IMG/VR virus record: IMGVR_UViG_3300047282_000191
Span: 1 to 64,000 of that record
Direction: 5' to 3' (one strand)
From: a virus
Lineage: Duplodnaviria > Caudoviricetes
DNA: 64,000 nucleotides
The notes beneath the pieces were generated by a model. That model saw only the letters and a list, made by a program, of their open reading frames with translations, made no database searches and was not told the origin of the DNA. Positions within the stretch are counted from its first letter, which is position 1. Each line of letters starts with the position of its first letter. Position numbers and translations under genes: made by a program. Of the stretch, positions 18,164-27,159 are shown one piece after another.

Positions 18164-18811
18164 TTAAAGTTTAGAGAGGAAATGTTGGAAAACACGTACT
18201 TGAGCTTCAGCTAGCTGAGCCTTTGGCGTTCTCTTAATTTCAGTCTCAATCTTTTCAATTTCTTGAGGTTTAAAAACACCGTTCTCTACAATCCATTCTA
18301 CACCTTCCATGATTCCGTTAACGAAAGCAGCAGGCGCAGATGGATCTTGAACGATATCAACGGTAGCTAAGTGAAAATCATCTTTCACATAGTTTGAACC
18401 GTTTCTTTCCTCAAGACTACCCATACCACGAGATGATACTCCTAATTTTACACCGCCTTCGAGCAAACCTTTTACGATTTGACCCATAGGTGTGTTTAGG
18501 ATTTTTGCCTTACCTATTACATTATTACCTTCAAAGCGAAGGTCTGTAATTAGGTGAGAAACTTTGTCAAGGTTAATTGTTGGACCATCTGGATGGTTAA
18601 GTTCTCCAACAGCTCTACCTTGTTTAACTTGCTCTTGAATATATTTTTCAACAGCAGGTTTTAAAATCTTGGATTCATATACACGACCATTACGATTTTT
18701 TGAATCAGCCATCATAAAGATGCCTTCAATAAAGAAATCTTTAGATCCGTTTTGTTTAGCTTCAGTAATAACCTGAATGTCTGAATCAATTTGTTCTGTA
18801 ATTAGTTTCAT
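18164..18811 (-). CDS. gp21: Prohead protease
   Basis: NRNGRVY, GELNHP, VSH, GVSSRGMGS and DIVQDPSAP. Confidence 0.97.
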   Translation of the reverse strand: MKLITEQIDSDIQVITEAKQNGSKDFFIEGIFMMADSKNRNGRVYESKILKPAVEKYIQEQVKQGRAVGELNHPDGPTINLDKVSHLITDLRFEGNNVIGKAKILNTPMGQIVKGLLEGGVKLGVSSRGMGSLEERNGSNYVKDDFHLATVDIVQDPSAPAAFVNGIMEGVEWIVENGVFKPQEIEKIETEIKRTPKAQLAEAQVRVFQHFLSKL

Positions 18812-19014
18812 TCTTCTGTCCCTAAAGCTTGAGCTGCTTCATTAGCAACTTCTAAAGCCGTTTCTTTAGTCCTAAAGGTTTCCACCTTTTGGTCGTTAAT
18901 ATAAATGTAATACACGCCGAGAGTCTCTTTGACCTCGACCTTATCTGTGCCAGCTGGAAGACTTAGTAAAATCTTTCCGCTTTCACGAATATCCTTAAGC
19001 TTCTTTAGTTCCAT
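18808..19014 (-). CDS. Small prohead core protein candidate (gp68 position)
   Basis: ORF track; ATGA coupling to gp21; call rests on synteny only. Confidence 0.5.
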   Translation of the reverse strand: MELKKLKDIRESGKILLSLPAGTDKVEVKETLGVYYIYINDQKVETFRTKETALEVANEAAQALGTEE

Positions 19015-19249
19015 TTTCAGATGCTACCGTTTCAGGTTGTTCTTCTGTTTCAGCATCATCAATTGGAAGAGCTTCTTGTTCAGCTTGTGCTTGCACTTCG
19101 CTATAAATGCTTTGCGCAAGCTCTATCTTCCTAGCTTGAAGGGCATCATTAATTTTACTATTCATAACACCATCAAATCTAGCACGCATTTGTTCTTGGT
19201 TACCAGATGCGATAGCGTCTAACAAATCATTTGCTAATTCACTCATCAT
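18995..19249 (-). CDS. Small acidic prohead core protein candidate (gp67 position)
   Basis: Helical N-terminus with acidic tail; follows the portal gene and a late promoter. Confidence 0.6.
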   Translation of the reverse strand: MMSELANDLLDAIASGNQEQMRARFDGVMNSKINDALQARKIELAQSIYSEVQAQAEQEALPIDDAETEEQPETVASENGTKEA

Positions 19250-19264
19250 TGCCTTCTTTCAATA

Positions 19265-19272
19265 TATTTATA
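19265..19272 (-). promoter_or_regulatory. T4-type late promoter
   Basis: TATAAATA between the portal and gp67-like genes. Confidence 0.75.
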
Positions 19273-19285
19273 AAATATTGCGCTT

Positions 19286-20887
19286 TCACGCGTTCGAATT
19301 CTGATCACCAGCTAATAAAGGATTGGCCGGTTGCTCAGGGGTTGGTTCAGCAGGCGCTTCAGCCTGTTGTTGTTGCATCATCATTAGCTCTTGCTGAGAT
19401 GGTGGTTCTTGTTCCATCTGAGCATCCATCTCTTCAATATCTTGATCAGACTGTTGAAGGATGTGTTTACGAATCCACATCTGTGAGAAGTATTTGCCAG
19501 CAAAAGGATCAACCAATGCTAGAGTCTGCATACGCTCTCTTAATATCTCACTATTTTTAAGTTCTGCAAAATAGTTATCTTTCTTAAAGTCGATGATTAA
19601 GTCTTCTTTAATGCTTTCCCAATCTTCTCTTGAGATAACACCTTTTAAGATCAATTGTGATCTTAAGACTTGTAAGAATAAGTCAGCAAACTTTTTACGT
19701 AAACGACTTACAAACTTATTAAATTTTAGCTCATCTCTTGATATCTCATTAGAACGACCTAAAGAGAACCCAGTATTTTCTGTCTCCATGCGAGACATGG
19801 GTACGTTCAATGAACGATATAGTTTCTTTTGAAAGTAGATGATATCTTCGATCTGTCCAAGGTTTTCACCGCCTGGAAGCGTAGAGATTTCAGTACCTTT
19901 ACCGCCTTCGCGACGTGGTAACCAAAAATCTTCCAACATGGCCATATGTTTACGATCATCACGAATCTCACCAGTTGTAGCATCGTAAACAATCTTATTC
20001 TTGTATTTTGCCATGATATCACGAAGGTATGCTTCAGCTTTACCCTTAGGCAGATTACCAACATCAATATAGAATATGCGACGTTCTGGTGCACGAGCCA
20101 TACGATAGATGACGAGCGAATCTTCCATCATACGCAATTGATTTACTGGTTTTAATGCTTTGAATAGATACGAAAGCATCTTCTTAGAAGTACTATCGAT
20201 TAGACCAGATGGAACATGAACGATAGAGTCTTTAGAAATTTTAAGACCTTGTGTACGAGGACCACCAAATCCGCCTGGATTTGAATAGTTGCCCATCAAC
20301 GAATCATTATAGATGTAAAATTCATTAAAGCCTTTTACCATCTTAGCACCAGTTGCTTTATCTTTTTCTTCGATAACTGAACGAACTTTACGAATCTTGA
20401 TAGAATCTATTGGTCGTAATTCTAGAATACCTGCTTTTGGATTTTTTTCGTCGATGATCATGTGATAGTATATCCTACCATCAACATACCATTTACGGAA
20501 TATATCATGCGCTTGATAATTAAATTTTAATAATTTAACTACATTATCAAACTCTTGTTTAATTAATTTTTTGATTGTGTCTGGATATTTAATATCATCA
20601 GTAATAATATCAACGGGTTGAACATCATCATCAGCTACGATAGCTTCATTAACGATATCCGTGATGGCAGCATCACACTCAGGATAAAGAGAGATCTCGC
20701 GGTACTTTTTAATTAAGTCCGAGTCATCCTTAGCCTTAGTGCCCTCGATATCTACGTATTGACCATAGTACCCACCTTCAGAAACAACGGTCGCACCGTC
20801 GTCAATGTCAGGTGCAACAAACGACTGTTTCTTCGCTTGTTCTTCTTCTTGCTTTTTACGTGATATTTCGAAGCCGAATAATTCCAT
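19286..20887 (-). CDS. gp20: Portal protein
   Basis: WYVDGRIYYH, NQLRMMEDSLVIYRMARAPERRIFYIDVGNLPK and EDFWLPRREGGKGTEISTLPGG. Confidence 0.99.
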   Translation of the reverse strand: MELFGFEISRKKQEEEQAKKQSFVAPDIDDGATVVSEGGYYGQYVDIEGTKAKDDSDLIKKYREISLYPECDAAITDIVNEAIVADDDVQPVDIITDDIKYPDTIKKLIKQEFDNVVKLLKFNYQAHDIFRKWYVDGRIYYHMIIDEKNPKAGILELRPIDSIKIRKVRSVIEEKDKATGAKMVKGFNEFYIYNDSLMGNYSNPGGFGGPRTQGLKISKDSIVHVPSGLIDSTSKKMLSYLFKALKPVNQLRMMEDSLVIYRMARAPERRIFYIDVGNLPKGKAEAYLRDIMAKYKNKIVYDATTGEIRDDRKHMAMLEDFWLPRREGGKGTEISTLPGGENLGQIEDIIYFQKKLYRSLNVPMSRMETENTGFSLGRSNEISRDELKFNKFVSRLRKKFADLFLQVLRSQLILKGVISREDWESIKEDLIIDFKKDNYFAELKNSEILRERMQTLALVDPFAGKYFSQMWIRKHILQQSDQDIEEMDAQMEQEPPSQQELMMMQQQQAEAPAEPTPEQPANPLLAGDQNSNA

Positions 20888-20914
20888 TTTTATGCCTTTA
20901 TAATAACAAAGTGA

Positions 20915-20936
20915 GGGAGAGGGTTTCCCCTCTCCT
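20915..20936 (-). terminator. Hairpin terminator after gp19
   Basis: GGAGAGGG-GAAA-CCCTCTCC stem-loop. Confidence 0.75.
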
Positions 20937-20955
20937 TCTATTTACCAACGTTTAA

Positions 20956-21483
20956 TTAAGACGTTGTATCAGATTCCCAGTACTGAACTTGAAGTTCTAC
21001 TTGGAACTCTTCAATTACGTCTACTGAATCATATGATAACTCAATCGCAGATACAGCTGTTGGGAATGTTGAGCGGAAGTTATACACTTTCACTTCATTT
21101 CCTGCTTTATCTAATTGAGCAACTTGCATGTCAGCTTGATAATCAATAGGATTTGTTAAACCTGTATTGTTACGATGCTGATTGATGCCGTTCATCCAAC
21201 GCTCAAATGCATTACGCACTTTAAAGTCGGTATCATTGATTACTGTGATTGTCCATGGATCGAATGTACGATCTCCGGCAATCTTTAATTGACGACCACG
21301 GAAAGGAACCAATACTGTCCCAACAACAGATGCTGGTAATTGAGCAGCTTTAATCATAAAGCTTGTCAATTCAACTTCACCTCCAGCGTAAGCTGGAAAG
21401 TTAACTGTTGCTTTGAATAGATTGGGACGCGCACCGCCGCCAACTAGTTTTGATTTAAAATCATCTACGCCAAGAATAGCCAT
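20956..21483 (-). CDS. gp19: Tail tube protein
   Basis: GGARPNLF, VPFRGRQLKIAGDRTFDPWTITVIND and IEEFQVELQVQYW. Confidence 0.98.
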   Translation of the reverse strand: MAILGVDDFKSKLVGGGARPNLFKATVNFPAYAGGEVELTSFMIKAAQLPASVVGTVLVPFRGRQLKIAGDRTFDPWTITVINDTDFKVRNAFERWMNGINQHRNNTGLTNPIDYQADMQVAQLDKAGNEVKVYNFRSTFPTAVSAIELSYDSVDVIEEFQVELQVQYWESDTTS

Positions 21484-21485
21484 GA

Positions 21486-23177
21486 TTAACCTCCGATCTC
21501 TGCAAAGTCAACGCCTGTACGAGTAGCGATGAAGTTCAGAGTAATAAAGTTAATAGAACGTGCTGGCTTGATGTAGATATCTGCAACAAACTGGTTGCTG
21601 TCGATGATCTCACCTGTGTTGTTTGTCTCGTCACAAACTACTTTGAAGTCTGTAATACCACGACGACCTTGGATTTCCCTGAGGAAAGGTTCTGTCATGT
21701 TACGGAACATAGCACGAGTGAATTCGTCGTTAAGCTCGAACAACTGATACTTAGCAGCAGTTGAGATAGCTTTTTCTAAGATGATAAACAAACGACGTAC
21801 GTTAATACGATCGAATGCAGATGGTTTGCTTAGAAGAGTCTTATCGCCAAACAATACTGTACCTTCTCCTGGGAAAGAAACGATTGGATTGATACGTTTT
21901 TTGTATAGATCGTCACGTTCAGCTTTCTTAGGATTGAAAGCAATCTTTGTTACACCTAATAACTGACCACGAGTAAAGCCACCTGGTGAGAACCAAGCAT
22001 CAGCAACTTCGTCAGTATTAGCACAGAGACCAGCCATATGGCCAGCAGCTGGGATCCAGCGATATACGTCATTATACTTGTCATAAATCTTCAATGCTGA
22101 AGAATCTACAACTGCATAAGACGTTGATGTTAATGTGTCAACGAAGTCGATCACATCTTGTTTTTGAGATGTTGATGCTGCCGTTGCACTGATTGGAGGA
22201 GAGACAAATGCGATTAAATCTTTACGATTTTCTGCAATCGCAATTAAGTTAGCTGCTTGAGTTTCGCCTGCTGTAGAAGCAAGAGTTGGTGCACCAATCA
22301 ATAAGTTGACGTCAACTGTTTCTGCATCATTGAATACTTGGAATCCAGTGTCGATATCTCCCTCATCTACTGTAGAGCCATCGTTTCCACCAGCAAGATC
22401 TTTACTATATACAGTATCGACCGTTGCAAAGTTTTCTGAAGCCAATGATCCAGCATTTGTTAAAGCAGATAAGTGATCTAACCACCAAATATATTTAGAA
22501 GTCGCATTAATAACTTCTTTATAGTAGTTAGATGTACCATCGAACTTCTTAGCATCACGTGCTTGTGATACGAAAGCAAACTTTTCTAAAAGTGTGCCAG
22601 CAGTTCCACTGATGTAACCAGTTCTGTCGTATACTACGATATGCATTTCATCACTAGTACCACCTTTTGCTGTGGCATAATCGGATGTACCAGGAGCAGA
22701 ATCGAATTGATCTTTCCAATCTGTCCAAGCTGCATATGATGTAGCATTAGTTACGAATTCAACTGAGATTGAATTACCTAGATCACCTGCATCTCTGGCA
22801 GCGAAGCAGCCTTGAGTTGCAGAACCATTCTCATAGTTCGTTTCATAGTGATCTTTATTTTTGATTAAAAGTCCAGTGCCTGCTACGGATACTCCAGCTG
22901 TTGCATTTTTTGCACCAGAGCCTGCGACACGGACCACCTTAAGATTATTACCGTACTTTAGAAAAGCTGCAGCATTAAAAAAATACGGAGCTGTGTCATC
23001 TGTTGGCACACCGAACGTATCTGCTAGTTCTTTCTCTGAAGTAATGGTTATAATCTCCTCTATCGGACCTTTTAAGGCTGTAATTACAGTAGCTCCAATT
23101 GAAGTAGAGACTGCAGGTACAACGTTAGTAAGATCGATTTCGCGTATTGCTACGCCAGGAGAAACTTGAAAAGCCAT
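21486..23177 (-). CDS. gp18: Tail sheath protein
   Basis: SPGVAIREIDLT, WFSPGGFTRG, LFGDKT and FDRINVRRLF. Confidence 0.98.
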   Translation of the reverse strand: MAFQVSPGVAIREIDLTNVVPAVSTSIGATVITALKGPIEEIITITSEKELADTFGVPTDDTAPYFFNAAAFLKYGNNLKVVRVAGSGAKNATAGVSVAGTGLLIKNKDHYETNYENGSATQGCFAARDAGDLGNSISVEFVTNATSYAAWTDWKDQFDSAPGTSDYATAKGGTSDEMHIVVYDRTGYISGTAGTLLEKFAFVSQARDAKKFDGTSNYYKEVINATSKYIWWLDHLSALTNAGSLASENFATVDTVYSKDLAGGNDGSTVDEGDIDTGFQVFNDAETVDVNLLIGAPTLASTAGETQAANLIAIAENRKDLIAFVSPPISATAASTSQKQDVIDFVDTLTSTSYAVVDSSALKIYDKYNDVYRWIPAAGHMAGLCANTDEVADAWFSPGGFTRGQLLGVTKIAFNPKKAERDDLYKKRINPIVSFPGEGTVLFGDKTLLSKPSAFDRINVRRLFIILEKAISTAAKYQLFELNDEFTRAMFRNMTEPFLREIQGRRGITDFKVVCDETNNTGEIIDSNQFVADIYIKPARSINFITLNFIATRTGVDFAEIGG

Positions 23178-23259
23178 TTTTCTCTACCTCGATTTTAAGT
23201 TAATATGGATTGTTGAGAGCATAATATGTACCATAATAAGAATTTATCACTTCTGCATA

Positions 23260-23267
23260 TATTTATA
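23260..23267 (-). promoter_or_regulatory. T4-type late promoter
   Basis: TATAAATA upstream of gp18. Confidence 0.75.
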
Positions 23268-23279
23268 ACTTCTGGATTT

Positions 23280-24323
23280 CTAGCCATCGAAGCGATATAC
23301 TGTGCTCTTTTTAATCGTGATAACATCATCTAATCCAGGTGTAGCACCAACAGTACTTTTCTTAGGTTTACGAACTGGCTTTTTCTTAGGAACTGGTTTC
23401 GGTTTCTTTTTAGGCACCGTAGGCTTTGTCCTTTTTGGAAGACTTGGCTTTTTAGGTTTTTTAGGTTTTATAGGTAAAGTTCTCGATGTTCCAGAGGGTC
23501 GTTTTTCCACGATCTTTTCCTCCTTCTGTTCTGTTGTGGTACTTACACGAGGAGTACCTTTCCTCATTTCCATGTTTGCAGCTATCAACAGTAAAATAGC
23601 CAATGGATCAAATACACAGATGATCAGTATGATCACTAATCTAACTGCTTTATCAATAACCTCAACTGACGAATCACCGTAGATCAACTCTGCAACGTAT
23701 TTTATCGGGCCAACTTCTGCTTCGATCTTTCTCAGATCACCAGCAATAGGTGCCTTCTCTACATTAAGTTTTTCAATTGTCTTTTGTGACTCATCAATCG
23801 AGGCTAAAAGTGTGCGACGCTCCTTTTGTTGTGAACGTCTTAAAGACGCAGCTTTTTCTGCACCTTTTTCATCAGTAGATCTAGCCATCGTTTGGTCTAC
23901 TGACTCATCCAACTGTTTCAATGCTTTTCTTGCAGCACTTATATTTTCTTTTTCAGTCGATATCTTATCATCTATTAGTTGAACTTGTGATGATACTCCA
24001 CCAGAAATAACGCTGTGTTCTAAGTGTGATTTTGATAAGTAACCAAAAATACCCATTGAAGTTATCAATGAAAGTATTAATACTGCTGTGGTGAAATAGT
24101 ATTTAAGTAATCTAGCAGTAGTCTGCCAATTACGATATATCCATGAAGCAGCAACCAACTTAGCTATTTCTAAAGCTACACCCATTATAATAGCTGCGAT
24201 GGGTTCTCCAGAAAATATAGCAACTAATCCTGCTACAGAATAGTATGCAGCGACAGATGATATTGCAAACGCCGATGCGAATAGTATCAGTGTGAAATTC
24301 ATGGTTGTGGATCTTCTGGCCAA
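23280..24323 (-). CDS. Membrane protein with coiled coil and Lys/Pro-rich tail
   Basis: Three N-terminal hydrophobic segments, a heptad region, a fourth helix (IICVFDPLAILLLIA) and KPKKP repeats. Confidence 0.8.
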   Translation of the reverse strand: MARRSTTMNFTLILFASAFAISSVAAYYSVAGLVAIFSGEPIAAIIMGVALEIAKLVAASWIYRNWQTTARLLKYYFTTAVLILSLITSMGIFGYLSKSHLEHSVISGGVSSQVQLIDDKISTEKENISAARKALKQLDESVDQTMARSTDEKGAEKAASLRRSQQKERRTLLASIDESQKTIEKLNVEKAPIAGDLRKIEAEVGPIKYVAELIYGDSSVEVIDKAVRLVIILIICVFDPLAILLLIAANMEMRKGTPRVSTTTEQKEEKIVEKRPSGTSRTLPIKPKKPKKPSLPKRTKPTVPKKKPKPVPKKKPVRKPKKSTVGATPGLDDVITIKKSTVYRFDG

Positions 24324-25948
24324 TTAAATTCTCGCCAAACCTGCCCTTCGTTGTCTATATGAGTTGGTTCTAATTCTTCTCTACCATCATCGTTAAATCC
24401 AAAAGGTAACACTTCATCCTCAATTTGTTTCATCTGCTGTGCATAGATGTATTCTCTCATGCCGCCATCGATCGATTCTGCAAACATCGGTGTTGCTGCA
24501 AACCAACCAAACATTACTAAATTCATCATTAGGTCGTCATGCATTCCAGTCATAGCTTCATATGACTGACCTTTAGAAACAAAGGTAGACATCTCTATGA
24601 TAGTCTCAGCATCGACTATCTCTATCTTCTTCTGTTCTACCAAATCTTTAATATGTGAACAGCCGATCTTCTTAGTACGTTTATCCATGTATACGCCAAT
24701 GGCATCGGCTTTAACACCATTAGATGTATAAACATTTTCATACTCTAAGTCGTAGAATATGCCGTTACATACGACTTGGCCAGCGTCATTATTCTCAATT
24801 ACCACTAACGCTTTATTATACATGTTAGCATATTTATAAATGACATCTGGAAACAATAAAGGAGAGATATTGTTATCTCTGAATGTAGCAACCTGTCTAA
24901 AAGGATTGGTACTTACATCTATAATATTGAACGTTGAATAATCTTGTCCTCTGCCTTTTGCTACATCGACTAATATAATATAATTATGATCTTTAGATTC
25001 CGGATTTTCTTTATCTCTCTTCACCGGTACTTCATAAACATTTACGTTGTTCATTGAATATAGCGGTTCTTTAGATTTTAAAGATAATAATGTATTAGCA
25101 TTAATTAATGTATTACCCGTTCCATGGAAGTTATTACCAAATTCTTGGTCAAACTGAAGTTCTGATGTATTGGAAATGGTTTGACGTTTCCATTCTTCAT
25201 CACGACCTGGAACATCCCACCAGTCAACACGAAATGCTTTAAAATCATTTGTGCCTTGCACTGCGCCTTCCCACAACTTATGGAAAGTATTACCTAAACC
25301 ATTCGCAGTTGATGTGATGATAACGCGAGTAGTTTTACCTGAAGTAATTACAGGATATGTAGATGTATAGAATGTACCATCATTCTCAACGAAAGCAAAC
25401 TCATCGAGGAACAGTAAGTTAACTGACATACCGCGAATAGAGTTACCAGACGTTGCAGCTGCAACTATACGAGAGTTATTTGAGAACTCAATCGATTTCT
25501 TATTAAGTGTCTTACAACCCGGTTGTAAAAAGAATGGCAGATTTTCTAATGCAAGCGTAACACGCCCCAACATCTCTTGTGCAGTTGCACCTTTGTTAGC
25601 TAAGATAGCAATCGTCTGTTCTGGTTTAAAAATAGCAAACCAAAGAATGTATACGACAGATGAGATAGACTTACCAGATTGTCGACAAGCCAAAACAATA
25701 GAAAATCGATTATCATTAAAATGATCGAACATCTTTTGCTGATAAGGGTAAAGACTAAACGGAACTAAACCCTCATCAAGGTTAATGATCTTAATGTACT
25801 TATTTGCAAAGTACGCAGGATCATTCATACACTTAATGTATTCTGATAGTTCGTCTTGGGAGAAAGTCTGTTGAACACCGTCTCGTTTGACGAGCGGGTT
25901 CCCTAGATACCCGTACTCGTTATTCGTTAGGTGTGTTAGTGTTGACAT
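24299..25948 (-). CDS. gp17: Terminase large subunit
   Basis: LYPYQ, CRQSGKS, LFLDEFAF, ITSTANG, DVAKGRGQDYS and HDDLMM. Confidence 0.98.
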   Translation of the reverse strand: MSTLTHLTNNEYGYLGNPLVKRDGVQQTFSQDELSEYIKCMNDPAYFANKYIKIINLDEGLVPFSLYPYQQKMFDHFNDNRFSIVLACRQSGKSISSVVYILWFAIFKPEQTIAILANKGATAQEMLGRVTLALENLPFFLQPGCKTLNKKSIEFSNNSRIVAAATSGNSIRGMSVNLLFLDEFAFVENDGTFYTSTYPVITSGKTTRVIITSTANGLGNTFHKLWEGAVQGTNDFKAFRVDWWDVPGRDEEWKRQTISNTSELQFDQEFGNNFHGTGNTLINANTLLSLKSKEPLYSMNNVNVYEVPVKRDKENPESKDHNYIILVDVAKGRGQDYSTFNIIDVSTNPFRQVATFRDNNISPLLFPDVIYKYANMYNKALVVIENNDAGQVVCNGIFYDLEYENVYTSNGVKADAIGVYMDKRTKKIGCSHIKDLVEQKKIEIVDAETIIEMSTFVSKGQSYEAMTGMHDDLMMNLVMFGWFAATPMFAESIDGGMREYIYAQQMKQIEDEVLPFGFNDDGREELEPTHIDNEGQVWREFNWPEDPQP

Positions 25949-26387
25949 CGATCACGGCATTCTTATTCTTTTGTTGATCAAGAATAAAACGTTGTAGGTC
26001 TGTTGTAGATCCTACAAATACATTATTATTGGTTATTTGTTCGGGAGTAGATTTAGCCTTCGGCCCATTGCGAAGGTTTTGGAGCTTTTTCTGGAGATCA
26101 GCAAGCTTATCAGTATTATCGGCTTGTGTTTTTAATAAACCAGCTAATACTTCGAAAGCACGAGGATGTTGCGAATCCTTTGCAAGTTCCATCATAAGAT
26201 CGATAGCTACATTCCCCTTATCAATAAGCTCTTTATATGTCTCTCTCGACACATCATAGTCAACCTGCAGGTCGTCGACCGGTGGCGAAGATTCCAATGG
26301 TGCCGATATCGGCATATTCTTACTAAGGGCTTTTGCTATCTTCTCTTTTTTGCTTTCAATAGTATCTATATTTTTCATATCGTTCAC
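25920..26387 (-). CDS. gp16: Terminase small subunit
   Basis: DYDVSRETY, QHPRAFEVLAGL and NNNVFVGSTTDLQ. Confidence 0.92.
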   Translation of the reverse strand: MNDMKNIDTIESKKEKIAKALSKNMPISAPLESSPPVDDLQVDYDVSRETYKELIDKGNVAIDLMMELAKDSQHPRAFEVLAGLLKTQADNTDKLADLQKKLQNLRNGPKAKSTPEQITNNNVFVGSTTDLQRFILDQQKNKNAVIDVNTNTPNE

Positions 26388-27154
26388 TCAACAAAACCAA
26401 AGTCTTGGTCATAATTAATAATAGTTTCTATGATATCGTGCGGATCACTAGGACCAACGTTTAATGGAGAGACTTGATCATTTATTGTAGATATCTTTTT
26501 CTGTGTAGTTTGATTTCTAATATTAACAGTAGAATCTTTGATAACGCCGATATCTTTTTGTATTGGTCCAAAGAATTGAATTTTCATGTTGAAATCAAGC
26601 GTATAAATTAATGCTCTACGCTGTTCGAATTCACCTTCATAATCATCACTCATCGTCACAGACTGTAGAGTAATAGGCACATCTCTAATTAAATTAATCT
26701 CGGGTATTTCTTTTACTGTTACTATATATTCTGGATTAAAATATGGTAATATCTGTTCAGTTATCTGTAAAACTTCATCTTGTGTTTTGCCAATAATATT
26801 TAATTGCATGGATAAATTATAAGGAGCAGCAGTATAAATTGTATTAACACCGTGAATAGATGGTGTTTGTAATTTTATGTTTCTGTTAACCTTGGATTGT
26901 GTATCATATGAAACTGAAGTAATTTCAAATGACATGCGCGGCAAGCGAAGAGCAACCTCAGGAGCCAAAAGATCTGGTTCTTCCTTTAGACGTGCTAAGA
27001 ATTTTTGTTTTGGACCATATGCTAACGGTACCTTAACAGTACTTAACACATTACCCATTTGATCACGCTTAACAGTCGTGATGTTGTTGAAAAGCGTACC
27101 AAACAATGCTACGCTCTTGCGAAGGTGCTGATTATAAAAATATTGTCCGAACAT
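26384..27154 (-). CDS. gp15: Tail terminator / proximal sheath stabiliser
   Basis: MFGQYFYNQ, VPLAYGPKQKFL, LPRMSFE and EQILPYFNPEY. Confidence 0.95.
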   Translation of the reverse strand: MFGQYFYNQHLRKSVALFGTLFNNITTVKRDQMGNVLSTVKVPLAYGPKQKFLARLKEEPDLLAPEVALRLPRMSFEITSVSYDTQSKVNRNIKLQTPSIHGVNTIYTAAPYNLSMQLNIIGKTQDEVLQITEQILPYFNPEYIVTVKEIPEINLIRDVPITLQSVTMSDDYEGEFEQRRALIYTLDFNMKIQFFGPIQKDIGVIKDSTVNIRNQTTQKKISTINDQVSPLNVGPSDPHDIIETIINYDQDFGFVE

Positions 27155-27159
27155 TTATT

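Noticed and set aside
850-24838. TATAAATA matches inside regA (850), gp62 (1319) and gp17 (24831)
   Set aside because: They are intragenic in an AT-rich genome and may be chance matches; not listed without transcript data.
13066-25948. Introns, inteins or homing endonucleases in uvsW, gp23, gp20, gp18 and gp17
   Set aside because: The ORFs are continuous and of ordinary length, with no LAGLIDADG, HNH, GIY-YIG or intein splice motifs noticed.
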